Positions 1-13,100 of a DNA stretch of 64,000 nt are shown one piece after another. Source of the DNA: Ascidiella aspersa (Eukaryota); contig OZ004615.1 in NCBI GenBank assembly GCA_963924565.1, positions 7,564,001 through 7,628,000 on the forward strand. The letters are read 5' to 3'. Below the pieces are notes generated by a model. That model searched no databases. It was given only the letters and a program-made list of their open reading frames with translations, and was not told the DNA's origin. The translations under genes and the position numbers were made by a program. Numbering within the stretch: the stretch's first letter is position 1; each line of letters starts with the position of its first letter.

Positions 1-1
1 A

Positions 2-3000
2 AAGTGCAATGTTGGCGTCAGCACACCACGTACAACGGAGTACACTGTGACCGGGCTGCGCTCCGAGCAGACCTATGTCTTCCGCGTAGCCGCGCTTAAC
101 GGCGTCGGCCAGGGCAAGCACGAGATGGTCAACGGTAGCGTACAGCCTAAGGAGATCCTCGAAGAGCCGGACATCGTTTTGGATGCCGATATGCGCAAGA
201 ACATCGAGATCAAGGCAGGCGCCACTCTGCGTCTTGTCGCAGATATCACAGGACGACCGAAACCTTCCGTAAAGTGGACAAAACAAGGAGCTACATTGTC
301 GCGACGCGCCGATATCGACGTGACCGATTTGCGTACCACTGTTGTGGTGCCCGATTCAACGCGAGAGGACACCGGCCGATACAACCTGACCGTGTCCAAC
401 CCGAAGGGATCCAAATCGGTCAACGTCAACGTCAAGGTGCTGGACACGCCCGGACCGGTCAGCAACATCGTGGTCAAGGACGTGACCGTCGCGTCGGCTC
501 AGATCTCCTGGACACCACCGGAGCTTGACGGAGGCTCGGAAATTGTCAACTACCTAGTCGAGAAGAAAGAGGCGGACAAGAAGACCTGGTCAATTGCGAC
601 CACCGAGTGCGCAAAGACCGCCTTCCGCGTGACCAAGCTCATCGAGGGCAAGGACTACTATTTCCGCATCAAGGCTGAGAACAAGCTGGGCGTTGGAATT
701 CCAGCCGAAACCTCGAAACCTGTGCGAGCCAGGCACCCGATCACCGAACCTGGACCGGTCAACAAGCTGAAGATCGCCGACGTCACCAAGTCATCGGTCT
801 CCATGACGTGGATCAAGCCGGATCACACCGGTGGCAGCCGCATCATCGGCTACGTCATCGAGTACCAGGGCGAGGGATCCAGCAACTGGGCCGAGTACCG
901 CACTGTCAGCGACACAACGGTCACAGTGCTTAACCTGTCCAACAAAAAGTACCAGTTCCGCGTCAAGGCGCGAAACGAAGAGCTCGAGGGCCCAGCTCGC
1001 GAAACCGACATTGTCGACGTTAAAGAGCCCGCCGAGGCGCCCAAGATCACACTTCCCAAGGAGGTGAAGGCGCGCGCCGGCTCGAAGCTCTTTGTCGAGG
1101 CCAGCGTCACCGGCAAGCCACACCCGATCGCTTACTGGGTGCGCAAGGAGAACGAGTTGCAAGAAAGCGAGCGCGTTCTCATCCAGAAAACTCCGACCGG
1201 CGTAACGCTTACACTTACTAAACCCGAGAGAGCCGATAGCGGGGACTACATGCTTCGAGCCGAGAACCACCACGGCAAGAAGCAAGCCACGGTCAAGCTG
1301 GAGATCCTAGACAGGCCGACGATCCCTCGGGGTCCGGTCGAGTTTAAGGATGTCAACGTCGACACTGTGACTCTCGTTTGGGAGGCTCCGGAAGACGACG
1401 GCGGCTGCGCGATCACAAACTACATCGTGGAGCAGTCCGAGGCCGGTCACCCCGGTTTTAAGACGGTCAGCAGCACTGTTACCAGAACCACGCTACGCGT
1501 TGGCAAGCTGACCAAAGACGCCGAATACATCTTCCGCATCAAGGCAGAGAACAAGTGCGGTGTCAGCGATGTGCTGTCATCAACCTTAATCAAGACACGC
1601 TATCCATTCGACGTCCCTGGGGTGCCGCGAAACCTGCGAGTGGTTAAGATCGGCCGAGAGTCGGCGACGCTCGCATGGGAGGTGCCAGAGTCGGACGGCG
1701 GAAATCCGGTGCGCGGCTACAACGTTGAGAAGAAGGAGGTGAACAGCCTGCTCTGGACGCAGATGAACAAGCACCTGGTCAAGCGCCGCGAGATCGTCGA
1801 CAGCAGCTTGCTGGAAGGCATCGAGTACCAGTTCCGAGTACAGGCTTCCAACACAGCCGGTACGTCACCGTTCAGCGCCCCAACCCAGCCCCTTGTGGCC
1901 AGGGAGCCGTGTGACGCCCCAGGCAAGCCTGAGGTCGTCGACGTTACCAACACGACTGTTGAGCTCGGCTGGGCGGCGCCTAGGAGCGACGGAGGAACCA
2001 AAATCGCTGGCTACATCATCGAGAAGCAGAAGCTTCCCAGCGACAAGTGGACTCGCCATGTCACGACCAGAGGACCTGAGACGCAAACGGTGCTTGAAAA
2101 CCTCGAGGAGGGTGAGCGATATTGCTTCCGCGTGCTCGCCAAGACCGCGGTCGTAACATCGAACCCGTCAGAGGCTACCGAGGCCGTTTTGGTGCGCCAG
2201 GCCATCGTGGCGCCAGGAATCGCGCTTGATGTCAGCTGCAAAGATCTGCTGGAAGTCCGCGCCGGCCAAGACATCGTTGTCGAAGCGACAATCGTCGGAA
2301 AGCCGAAGCCAACAGCTGTGTGGAGCCGCGACGAGCAGCCTATTAAGAGCACAAGCGACGGAGCCATTGTGGCCGAAACGGTTCTTAACAGGTCGCGTCT
2401 GATTATTCGGTCGTGTAAGCGTTCTGATGCCGGCAACTACGTGCTGACGTTGGAGAACTCGAGTGGTACAACATCAGCCACCGCCAAGGTGCGCGTACTC
2501 GATGTACCAGGAGTGCCTCAGGGACCCGCCAAGTTCTCGACCGTGATGGCCGACCGCCTGAAGTTGACTTGGGGTGTGCCGCTCGAAGACGGCGGCGCCG
2601 CTGTCACCAACTACGTGGTCGAACGTCGCGAGACTTCGCGGCCAACTTGGGCCATGGTTAGCGGCAGCGCGCAGGGCACAGAGCTCAAGGTGGGCAAGCT
2701 TATCCAGCAGCACGAGTACGAATTCCGTATCTCGGCCGAGAACAAGTACGGTGTCGGGCAGCCGCTCGTCACCGACGCGGTGGTCGCCAAAAACCCGTAC
2801 ACGGTTCCCGGAGCACCCGAGCCGCCCGCGGTCACCAACCCGACAAAGGACGCGATGACCGTTTCCTGGAAGTCGCCGGCTGAGGACGGCGGCAAGCCAA
2901 TCAGCGGCTACTACCTGGAGAAGCGTGAAACCAAGGCGGTACAATGGTCCAAGGTGAACCGACGACCGGTTTCGGATCGCAGCATTAAAGTAACCGGGCT

Positions 3001-4162
3001 TTGCGAGGGAGTCGAGTACGAGTACCGGGTGGCCGCCGAGAACGTGGCCGGCATCGGTGCACCAAGCGCCCCGTCCGGCCCGGCCACCGCCGAGGACCCC
3101 AAGTACCCCCCGGGCCCGCCCGCGTTCCCCAAGGTAGTTGACATGACTAGGAGCAGCGTGGATTTGATCTGGGGCAAACCGGCTTACGACGGCGATAGTC
3201 CTATCACCGGCTACATCGTTGAGATGTCGAACCCGGAGAGCCCGGACAAGTTCGAGCGCGTTGCCACCACGCATATTCTGAAGCACACTGTTACAGCGCT
3301 GGGCGAAGGACGCGAGTACAAGTTCCGCGTAAAGGCAACCAACGCAGTTGGCGATTCGGAGGCGAGCGAGGTCCAGGGATCCGTGATTCCAAAGGACATT
3401 CTCGAGCCACCCGCCATCGACTTGGATGCCACCCTCACCAAGGCTTTGGTTATCAGGGCTGGAAACACAATCCGCCTTTACTGCACATTGAAAGGCAGGC
3501 CGGCGCCGCGAGTCAGCTGGGCCAAGCTGGACGGAGAGCTGTCGCTTAACAGAGTCGAAATCAAGACATCCGACTGGGACAGCTTGCTGCTCGTGCCCAA
3601 CTGCAACCGAGACGACACAGGCAAGTACATGATCACGCTTGAGAACACGAGCGGCGTCAAGTCAGCCACCGTGTCGGTGCGCGTCCAGGACACGCCAGGC
3701 GCACCAGGGCCCATTACCTTCAAGGAAGTCACCCTGGAAACGGCCGCACTGGCTTGGGAGATGCCCCTGAACGACGGCGGATCGCCAGTGACCAACTACG
3801 TGGTCGAAAAGCGCGAGTCAACGCGTAAGGCTTGGGCAACAGTCACCACCCAATGCTCCAGGACATCTTGGACCGTCAACAAGCTAGAAGCCGGCAAAAG
3901 CTACTTCTTCCGCGTGATGGCTGAGAACGAGTACGGCGTTGGCGTTCCGTACGAGACCCCGGAACCGGTCAAGGCCACTCAGGAGCCCGGCCCCGTCACG
4001 AAACTGGAAGTGGCCGAAACTACCAAGACGTCGGCCACCATTCAGTGGCAGAAGCCGACGCACGACGGAGGCAGCAGGCTTAGCGGCTACGTGGTCGAAA
4101 TCGCGCCCAAGGACACTGACGAATGGGAAACTGTGACCGAAGTGAAGCTGCTCAGTTACAAG
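2..4162 (+). CDS. TTN: Titin large exon (5' end outside window): super-repeat 1 and start of repeat 2
   Basis: Frame is open from base 2 ([16 protein letters not shown]...). Donor AAG|gtaagg at 4162/4163. Confidence 0.93.
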
Positions 4163-7100
4163 GTAAGGCTTCGTCGAGTTTACGAATTTCCCTTCGCTTT
4201 AATACGACCAGTTTTCGCTTAATTGCTTGTATTTACTACAGATTACCAACTTGACCGAAGGCAACGATTACAGCATCCGCGTCTCGGCCAAGAACGAGGC
4301 CGGCGTCGGTCAGCCACGAGAGAGGAACCTGACAGCCAAAGATCAGGTACAGAAACCAGTAAAATCGCCTTTCGCGACCAACCTAACGTTCACGAACTTA
4401 ACATTTTTCAAATATTCGTCGCAGACCGTCAGCCCTAGCTTCGACCTCAGCAGTCTCCCGACCTTGACTTTCCACGCGCGTGAAGGCACCCCGGCCAAGC
4501 TGAAGATCCCGGTCCAGGGCACCCCGCGCCCCACGGTCAAGTGGTCCAAGGACGAGGAAGACCTTAAGGAGGACACTCGCGTCTCGGTGGAAGAGACACC
4601 GATCTCGAACATCCTCATCATGAAGGAAGTGCGAAGACAGGACGCAGGTACGAAATCCTAAAGAGCTGTATACAGTGTTTAAAGCACGTTTGTAGATCTA
4701 ATATTAAGTTTCATATTTATGTAGCCTTTATTGAAGAAATGCTAACCACTTCTTTGCACAGGTAAATACACGCTGACCGCAACTAACGTGGTCGGCCAGA
4801 AAACCGCCAACATTAAGGTGCTGGTTGCCGGAAAGCCTGGACCAGTTCATGGACCTTTGGACATCAGCGACCTCACATCGGAGAGCTGTACATTGACATG
4901 GAAAGCACCGAAAGATAACGGAGGTAAAAACAAACACACACATAAAATGGAAAGCTTTAAAGATATAGTCGTCCCTCGCAACATCTTAGTATTTCACTTT
5001 AAAGATTCGCGTAACTCACACTGTTCTTTATCCAGGTTCTGACATCACCAACTACATCGTCGAGAAGCGCGACGCCAAGGCCGGAACCTGGGCCCTAGTG
5101 ACGTCATCGATTGCTCGGCCCACATGTCGGGCCGGTGGCCTGATCGGCGGCAACGAGTACACCTTCAGAGTGATGGCCGAGAACCGCTTGGGCGTTAGCT
5201 CACCACTGCTGTCCGACACCGTCGTGGCCAAGTATCCATTCGGTAAGAAACATTGTGACATTATACTCAATAAACAATATTTTGGAACAATGAAGAAATT
5301 TATTCTAAAAAGTGGAACTTCCACGCTAATATGAAACTTGCCATATTACTAAAGCAAGTGTATTAATATTTCAGAAATGCTCACTTTATTTACCTATTTG
5401 TGACATAGGTCCTCTCAAATCGCATTCAATTTACATAGTTGTCAAATCGTTATAGCCGCCCTCAGATATCAAAATCGCGCTTACAGAAAACGAAATAAAA
5501 TTAACAGGCCAATTTCTGGCAATTTTCGATCCGTCAAGCATTCACACTAATCCCTCCCCTTGATTTTACGAAGACGTTCCCTACGCGCCGGCCGCGCCCG
5601 AAGTAACCACGTGCAAACGGGACTCGATGACTGTAGAATGGAAAGCGCCGCGAAAGGACGGCGGATCTCCAGTACTTGGCTACCTGGTCGAGATCAAGGA
5701 ACGCAATTCGATATTGTGGAAGTCGCTAGGCAAGAATCACGGCACCGAGTACCGAGCCACCGGCCTGAACGAGGGCCTCGAGTACCAGTTCCGCGTCTAC
5801 GCTTTGAACCAGGCCGGACAGTCGAACGCGTCGGAACCTTCGAGCGCCAAGTTCGCGCTGGACCCAGTCGGTACGTGTCTCTCTTTATCTGCTGGCTCCT
5901 GCGAAAGGCGAAGATTTTTTTTCGGGAAAAATAAATACTATGGGAAATATTTTGTTCAGAACAGTGGCTTGTGGGCGTTGTTCGAGGCTGCAAAAATTTT
6001 CTTCCTAAACTTTTAAAGCAAAATGTCATTTGCCTTGGACAACAGATTTGTTCGAAATATTTTATTGCCCAAAATTACTTTCGTGACGTTTAATAACAGC
6101 GCAGAAATCGGTGTTCCTTACTTTAAAGCTCACCACTACTATAAAAAATCAACTGCGAAATGCTTTGAACGGGCAACAAATTTTATCGCGATTTTTTTTC
6201 CTTTTCTCAGAACCGCCATCCCAACCGATCGTGTACGATTCGACAAACGAGAGCATTTCGCTGCGATGGGAGGCGCCCAAGTTCGACGGCGGTCACAGGA
6301 TCGTGGGATACGACGTTGAACGACTCAACTTGCCAGCCAAGAACTGGATCCGATGCAACGTCGGGAAAATAAGCGGAACCGACTTCGTTGTAAGTTATAT
6401 AGACGCATTTTAACCAAATGGTCTGCGCCGTTTTGTTAGCCAAAGTGTGCTTCAAAGGCTTTCGGATAGTTCTTTATTGGATTTTGCTTTTAGGTGACGG
6501 GACTGATGCCGGGCAGTCGCTACGACTTCCGCGTGAGAGCAAAGAACACGGCCGGTTCGGTTTCTGAACCATCGCAAAACACCGGACCGATTGTGTGCAA
6601 GGAAGACTACGGTAAACGCAAAATCGTTTTTTCTATATTAAAACAAAAAATGCAACTTATTCTAAAAAAAATCTTAAGCTGGTTTGAGTTGTACAATCCG
6701 CTATACCAACGTAACATTTCCAACATTCACATCGCAGAACCCGCCGACGTGTCGCTTGACATTGCCCTTATGGACGGTCTAGTGGTCAGGGCGGGCGAGG
6801 ATGTCCAGCTGCACGCAATCACCAGCGGAAAGCCGGTGCCCAAGGTCACCTGGTCACACAAGGACAAGGAGCTGCGCGAGACTGACAGCGTCAAGATCGA
6901 GCGTTCGATCGCTCAGGCCACGCTGACCGTGAAGGACATCAAGCTGGTCAGCGGTGGCGAGTACACAGTGACCGCAGCCAACCATTACGGCTCCAAGTCG
7001 GCGACATGCAAAGTGCAGGTTCTAGGTGAGTTGTCAATATGTCAGTATCCTTTAGACAAAAGTGCTCCTACCTCTCTTTCCAAGTATACATTAGATTTGT

Positions 7101-10100
7101 TCGGTGTAATCATGGCCCAGCATAAACGTTCTAAAAACACATATATGGTTTAGTTATACAGTAAAAAGTGCAATTTATTCGTTTTTCCAAAACTCTTATT
7201 CGTTTTACTTAACCGCAAGCCTTAAATACAGCACCTCGCCACTTTCTTTAGAAACATTGTTTATTAAATTAACGTTATTTTGTAAAAAAAATAACGTTGT
7301 TTCTATTTGCTATTGCAGACAAGCCTGGCCAGGTTACCGGCCCAGTAAAGATTGTGGGCATGACTGCAAGCAAATGCAAGCTGGCCTGGGGCGCGCCTGC
7401 CGAGAATGGCGGAAGCACCATCACAAACTATGTGGTCGAAAAACGCGAGACCAGCCGCTTGCTTTGGACTTCTGTAAGTGTTATGCAAGGGCTGTGTTTG
7501 TGTGCTAACGATGTCTTAACATCTAACTTACAGATCCTTTCATAGCAATGTAGGTAGTTACAGTAGGTTGATTATAATTGAAAAGCGTCAAGGCCGATTA
7601 TAACCAATAAACCTTTGGCATGCTTACCAGTGCCTCTTTAAACGCTAAAAATACCATCTCGGGCGCTAATCTTAAGTCTTATAGCCGCCACTAAAGGACT
7701 GACGCTTATCCGCTAAGCTAGTCAAGTGTCTGGAGTATAAGCAGCAGGCCTGCGCTTAACGCAGATTGCCCCTTTCCGACTCATAAGCTTATGTGTACCA
7801 TTCGAAGGTTGGCGACGCCGGCATGCACTGCGACATCAACTGCGCCAAGCTGGTGGCGGGCAACCAGTACGTGTTCCGCGTCTCCGCTCAGAACAAGTAC
7901 GGAGTCGGGCCACCGCTCGAATCGGCCGCAGCTGTCTGCAAAAATCCATTCGGTAAGTGGAAAGCTGTTTAAAAAATTCGATGTTGAAAGCGAGTTGAAA
8001 TGGTCTACGTATAGCTATAGGATAAATATAAGCATAATGAAATAATTGAAACATATTATACTTTTTGGATTTAATTTTCATCTACAATATTGCTTTTTCT
8101 CTTTAGATGCTCCTGGCAAACCAGGAAAGCCTCAGGTCACCAAGTCGACCAAGACCACTATGACTGTGACTTGGGACCGACCAGAGTCGGACGGGGGCAG
8201 CGAAATCATCGGATACCATCTTGAACGTCATCACAAGAAGGGCCTTAAGTGGATCCGGTAAGTACTCAGCTAATAAATAAAAAAATACACAATAATTGAA
8301 AAATGCAGTGACACTTTTTTGTCAAATGTAATTCCTTATGTTTATCATGTAACCAATTGCAACTAAATGCCCCATATCTGTATTTACTATATTTTCCTCC
8401 CTATGTGTTATTTCAACCTTGTTTTTTGTCACCCAGTTGCAATCAAGAGCCGATCCGCGAAAACCGGCACCGGGTCAACGGACTCACCGAAGACTACGAG
8501 TACGAGTACCGAGTAGCGGCGGTTAACAAGGGCGGAGTCGGCCCGACGAGTGACGAGTCCGACTTCTACACGGCAAGAGACCCGATCTGTAAGTACCCGC
8601 GCTGTTTTCTTTATTCTGCATCGTATTAGTTAAAAGATATCTTTCACTTTGACAGTCGGTTAGTGGCAGACTTTTAAAATTGTATTGGCGCCTGAGCCTT
8701 CAAAAATACGGCACTACGTTAGGTTAAAGGTCGCAAGGTCGAATTTCGTCCGAGCTGTACAGACTGAATCTTCTGATTTAGTGGTACCCGGCGTCCCGAC
8801 AGCTATACTGTCTTTGTAATTATACCAGCAGACGTCACGGCTTTCTAGTTATAATTGAAACTTACGTAAGGCGGCGACGCGCAGTGGCCCTGGCGTTGGA
8901 ACGACTTGTCTTGCTGTCTCAGTTTACAGCTGGGAGGTCCATTATGTGCGAGGCAGGGAGTCCCGCGGGACCCAGATCCTCTGCGAGACGCTTTTAGCAC
9001 TAGCACACACTTATCATCGATCATTAGGAGATCTGACAGCTTTGCTTCTTGTAGTCGACAGTTGCTGTGTTGGTGCGAGTTTGCGCTTCAGTATTAAGCG
9101 CCGAATGGATCAGGTCGCTGAGTTACGAACGAACAGGTTCCAGCATAATGCCGGCAGCCGCAGCGTTAAAGAGTCGCGTACAGTGGCTACTACTTCTACC
9201 AGTTCAAAGACTGTAGTAACTACTAAAGGCGGTAGCAGTTCAAAGTCTGTAGTGACTACTAAAGGTGGGAGCAGTTCAAAGTCTGTAGTGCATACGAGAG
9301 GTGGTAGAACAAGCAGTATTCTGCGGAAATCCGGTAACGAAATCGGCGCCGATGATAATCGCGAGCTCTCGATCAGAGAAAAGAAGCGAAAGAGATGGGA
9401 CAAGGTCGTAAAGGATTCGGAAAGCAAGCTCGAAAACTTGGAAGGCGATGTTCTGGAGCACGCTTTGAGTGGCGACGACCACATCGCCGCTTTCTACAAG
9501 CGCCAGTACTCGCCCGCGCCAGCTCACTCGCGCTTTCTGAGTACGACGGACGAGTCGACGTCGCAAACTCGCTCAACTTCGCTGAGCAGAGTAGAGCGAG
9601 TTCAGGAAACACGTGAGGGCGAAAAGCGCAGCGCTTCTCTGGGAAGGGAAACGAGTAACTCGGCGACTCGTCGCGAAAAAGTGAAATACGCAGAGCCGAG
9701 CGATTTTCGCGACCTTTTTGACTCGATAAGCTCGTTGAGCGCGAGTATAGATCGCGTCGAGTCCGAGTTCAAGCAGAGAAACGATATTTTCGGGTCAGTG
9801 AAAGTGAAGAGAAGGCAAAAGCGTAAGTGAAAAAGTTATCAAGAAAATAATTATTGTTACAAAAGAAATTAGTTTAAATCAAAGTATATTGATTTTCAAA
9901 ACTGTCTTCGCCTATAGAATGCTGCTATTGAGTACTATTGCTATATTCCAGGCTAAAATAAAAATACCCGAATACGAAATTTAAAGTTTCATAACATCTA
10001 TCAGAATTGCCTATAAAACGAGTATACGAGTAGCGACGGTTTTTTTTTTTTATTTCCATAGATGCGCCCGGTGCCCCCGGAACCCCACAGGTCACCGACA

Positions 10101-13100
10101 CCACCAAGACCTCTATCAGTCTGTCCTGGGCCAAGTCGACCTACGACGGCGGCGCTCCCATTACCGGCTACTCGGTCGAAATGGCCAAGGCCGACTCGGA
10201 CGAGTACGAGTTGGTCAGCGGGCCGCGTCCGGTGCTCGGCACCGAGTACGTGGTGACGAGTCTACTCACCGACCTAAAATACAAGTAAGTAAAAAAGCTT
10301 GTTAGTATAAAAGATCTGATTTTATTGCTACAAAAATTATACGAAATTAAGCTTTATAGCAAAATGTCGCTAAACTTAGATTTACGACTGTAAGGGAAAA
10401 ATATTTCGTATTTTTACGCGTACCAACGCAGGCTTGATAGAACGTTTCACATTTCGCCTTTCTATCGTGTCGTTTTCATTTTACGGCGCCTCACTTTTTT
10501 TCAAATTTTTTAACTTAATTTTCTGTCCGTCAAGCTGAAACTCACAATCTTCTCCTCTTCAACTCAGGTTCCGTGTCCGCGCGGTCAACGAGGCCGGAAG
10601 CTCGGAGCCAAGCGAGTCCAGTGAGGCGGTCAGTCCTCTCGAGATTGTTGAGCCTCCAAGCTACGAGCTGGACGCCGACATGAAGCAGAGTCTGACCGTG
10701 AGAGCCGGAGGATCAATCCGCCTCTTCGTCACCATGAAGGGAAGACCGACTCCGGAAGCCAGCTGGACCAAGGAGGGCGGGCTCCCTCAGGATAGGACAG
10801 TTATTGACACAACGTCTTCCTACAGGTTTGTGTTCAGCGTCCTTTACAATTTAATTTATAGTTGTATTAGGATATGCAAAGATCTGCGCGCTGTAAAATT
10901 CCAGCTTTTGCTTGAAAGCGACTTAAACCATCCAAGAGATAAAAATGGGTTAAAAAACTAAATTACAGAGCAAATTATTTTACAGTAAGGTAATGACATA
11001 AATTAGATCAATACCTACAAAGATTCTATTTATGGAAAACCTTGTTCAATAATTAACACGTTGTGCTTATTTGTTGCAGCTTGCTGGTTGTGAGCAACTG
11101 CAACCGACACGACGTCGGCAAGTACGAGCTCATTCTGGAGAACCCGGCCGGATCCAAGATGGTGGCCGTCAACGTCAAGGTGCTAGACTCGCCCGGGCCG
11201 CCGCAAAACCTGGAAGTCAAGGAGGTAAATGCACACACCAATGTTTTGCAAGAAGAAATGTAGTATTTTCCCACATTTTTGTTTAGCGAACATCGCCATA
11301 AAGCGGACGTAAAATACAAAATTTAAATTTGCATGTCAGATATCTTCGCTTTTACATGATACCGTCTTTAACAAACGCTATGTCTTTCAGGTTACGAGGA
11401 ACTCCGCTTTTATTATGTGGGATCCTCCAAAGACCGACGGCGGCGCCGTCGTCTCAAACTACATCGTCGAGCGACGCCTTTCCACCAGAAAGGCCTGGAC
11501 CACTGTGTCAACAGAGGTATTAATGAAACCGCAACACTCAGTAAACAGTCACTTAAGCAATTTCAACGGTATAAATGTATAACAAAATTGGCAAATATGT
11601 ATTGCGATAGAGGCATACTGAATGGCGTTAGATTTAAAACCGTTTTTAAACTCCGATAAATAAAATTTCCCAAAAAAAAATAAAATTACTAAAAATAATT
11701 AAAATTGTCAAAAAAGATAAATATCAAAACCGCCTTATAAACGGCTTAAATCTTCCTCTTGAAAATTCTTTCCTTTGTATCCACCAGGTCCACCGAGAAT
11801 CGCACAAGATCACCGGATTAGCGGAGGGCGAGCAATACTTCTTCCGCGTCCTGGCCGAGAACAAATACGGCATTGGGGAGCCGGCCGAGACCCGTGAAGT
11901 GGCCCGTGCGTCCGAGGCGCCCGGCGCGCCCAAGAGCGTCGACGTCACCGAGTTCAGCCGGACCGCCGTGTCCTTGGCCTGGACCAAGCCCGAGACCGAC
12001 GGGGGTTCCCCGATCCTTGCCTACCTGCTCGAGATGCAGCGCGTTGGCATGGAAACGTGGGTGAACAAGGCCACCACGCAGGCGCTCAAGTAAGTTGATT
12101 TTTATAGAGAAGTAAGTTGATTTTTATAGAGTTCTAATCCTTAGTATTTTGCGACCTAAATTAAAACAGTTAAAAAAAATTTTTTATGGCCTTTATAAAA
12201 AAGTTATTTTTAATCTTTCATCTCAAATAACGAACTTTGACCTTTGCGCAGGGCCACCGTTTCGGACTTGAACGAGGGCGCCGAGTACCATTTCCGCGTG
12301 CGCGCCAAGAACGCGGTCGGCGCCGGCGAGGCCACGCAGACCCTGCACTCGGTTACCGCCAAGGATGACGTCATCAGGCCCGGCGTCGACCTGCGCGAGC
12401 TCTACATGGGAACTGTGACGGCCAAGGCCGGATCGAACCTGAAGATAAAGCTGCCGCTCCTAGGCAAACCGCTACCAACAGCCCAATGGCGTCGTAATGA
12501 AGAGAATGTTCGCGAAACGCAGCGAGTCAACACCGAAACTTGCGACGGCTTTACCACCTTGAATATAAGGGATTGTCAGCGCGGCGACGCCGGGAGCTAC
12601 GAGGTCGTGGTCAAGAACCCGGCCGGCACCAAGACCGCTAACATCAGGGTAAAATAACTGATAAAATCGGTAATAAAAAATGAAGCGTTTCCGATAAAGC
12701 ACGAGAGAACTGTGGAAGGAAATAACTTCAAAATTAACCTTTTCTTATTAAAACACAAATTAAGTTAATCATTGGAGTATAGGTAATATTTTACGTATCG
12801 ATAACTATATATTCATTTTCCACATTTTTTACTTCTGTATGGGCTTTGATATTCTTTTTAAGTTAATCATAATAAAATTAGACAAAATGCAAAATAACTA
12901 AAAGGAAATGCAGAATTTAATCCTTATAAATTCTCACCCCGAAAAGGAAACTTATGGATAAAGAGACTTGGTTCACAAAAACTCACAAAAAAAAATTTCT
13001 AACCTTTAAATGTTCCGCTTTGCAGTTGACGGTCTTCGACTGTCCAAGCGCGCCGCGCGGCCCGATTGAGTTCACCAACGTCACAGCGGATTCGCTGACG

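Noticed and set aside
8859-9830. Intronic ORF as a transposon or retrogene
   Set aside because: No TIR, TSD, poly(A) tail or transposase/RT motif seen, and the phase-matched donor favours a titin exon. Not fully excluded without a database search.
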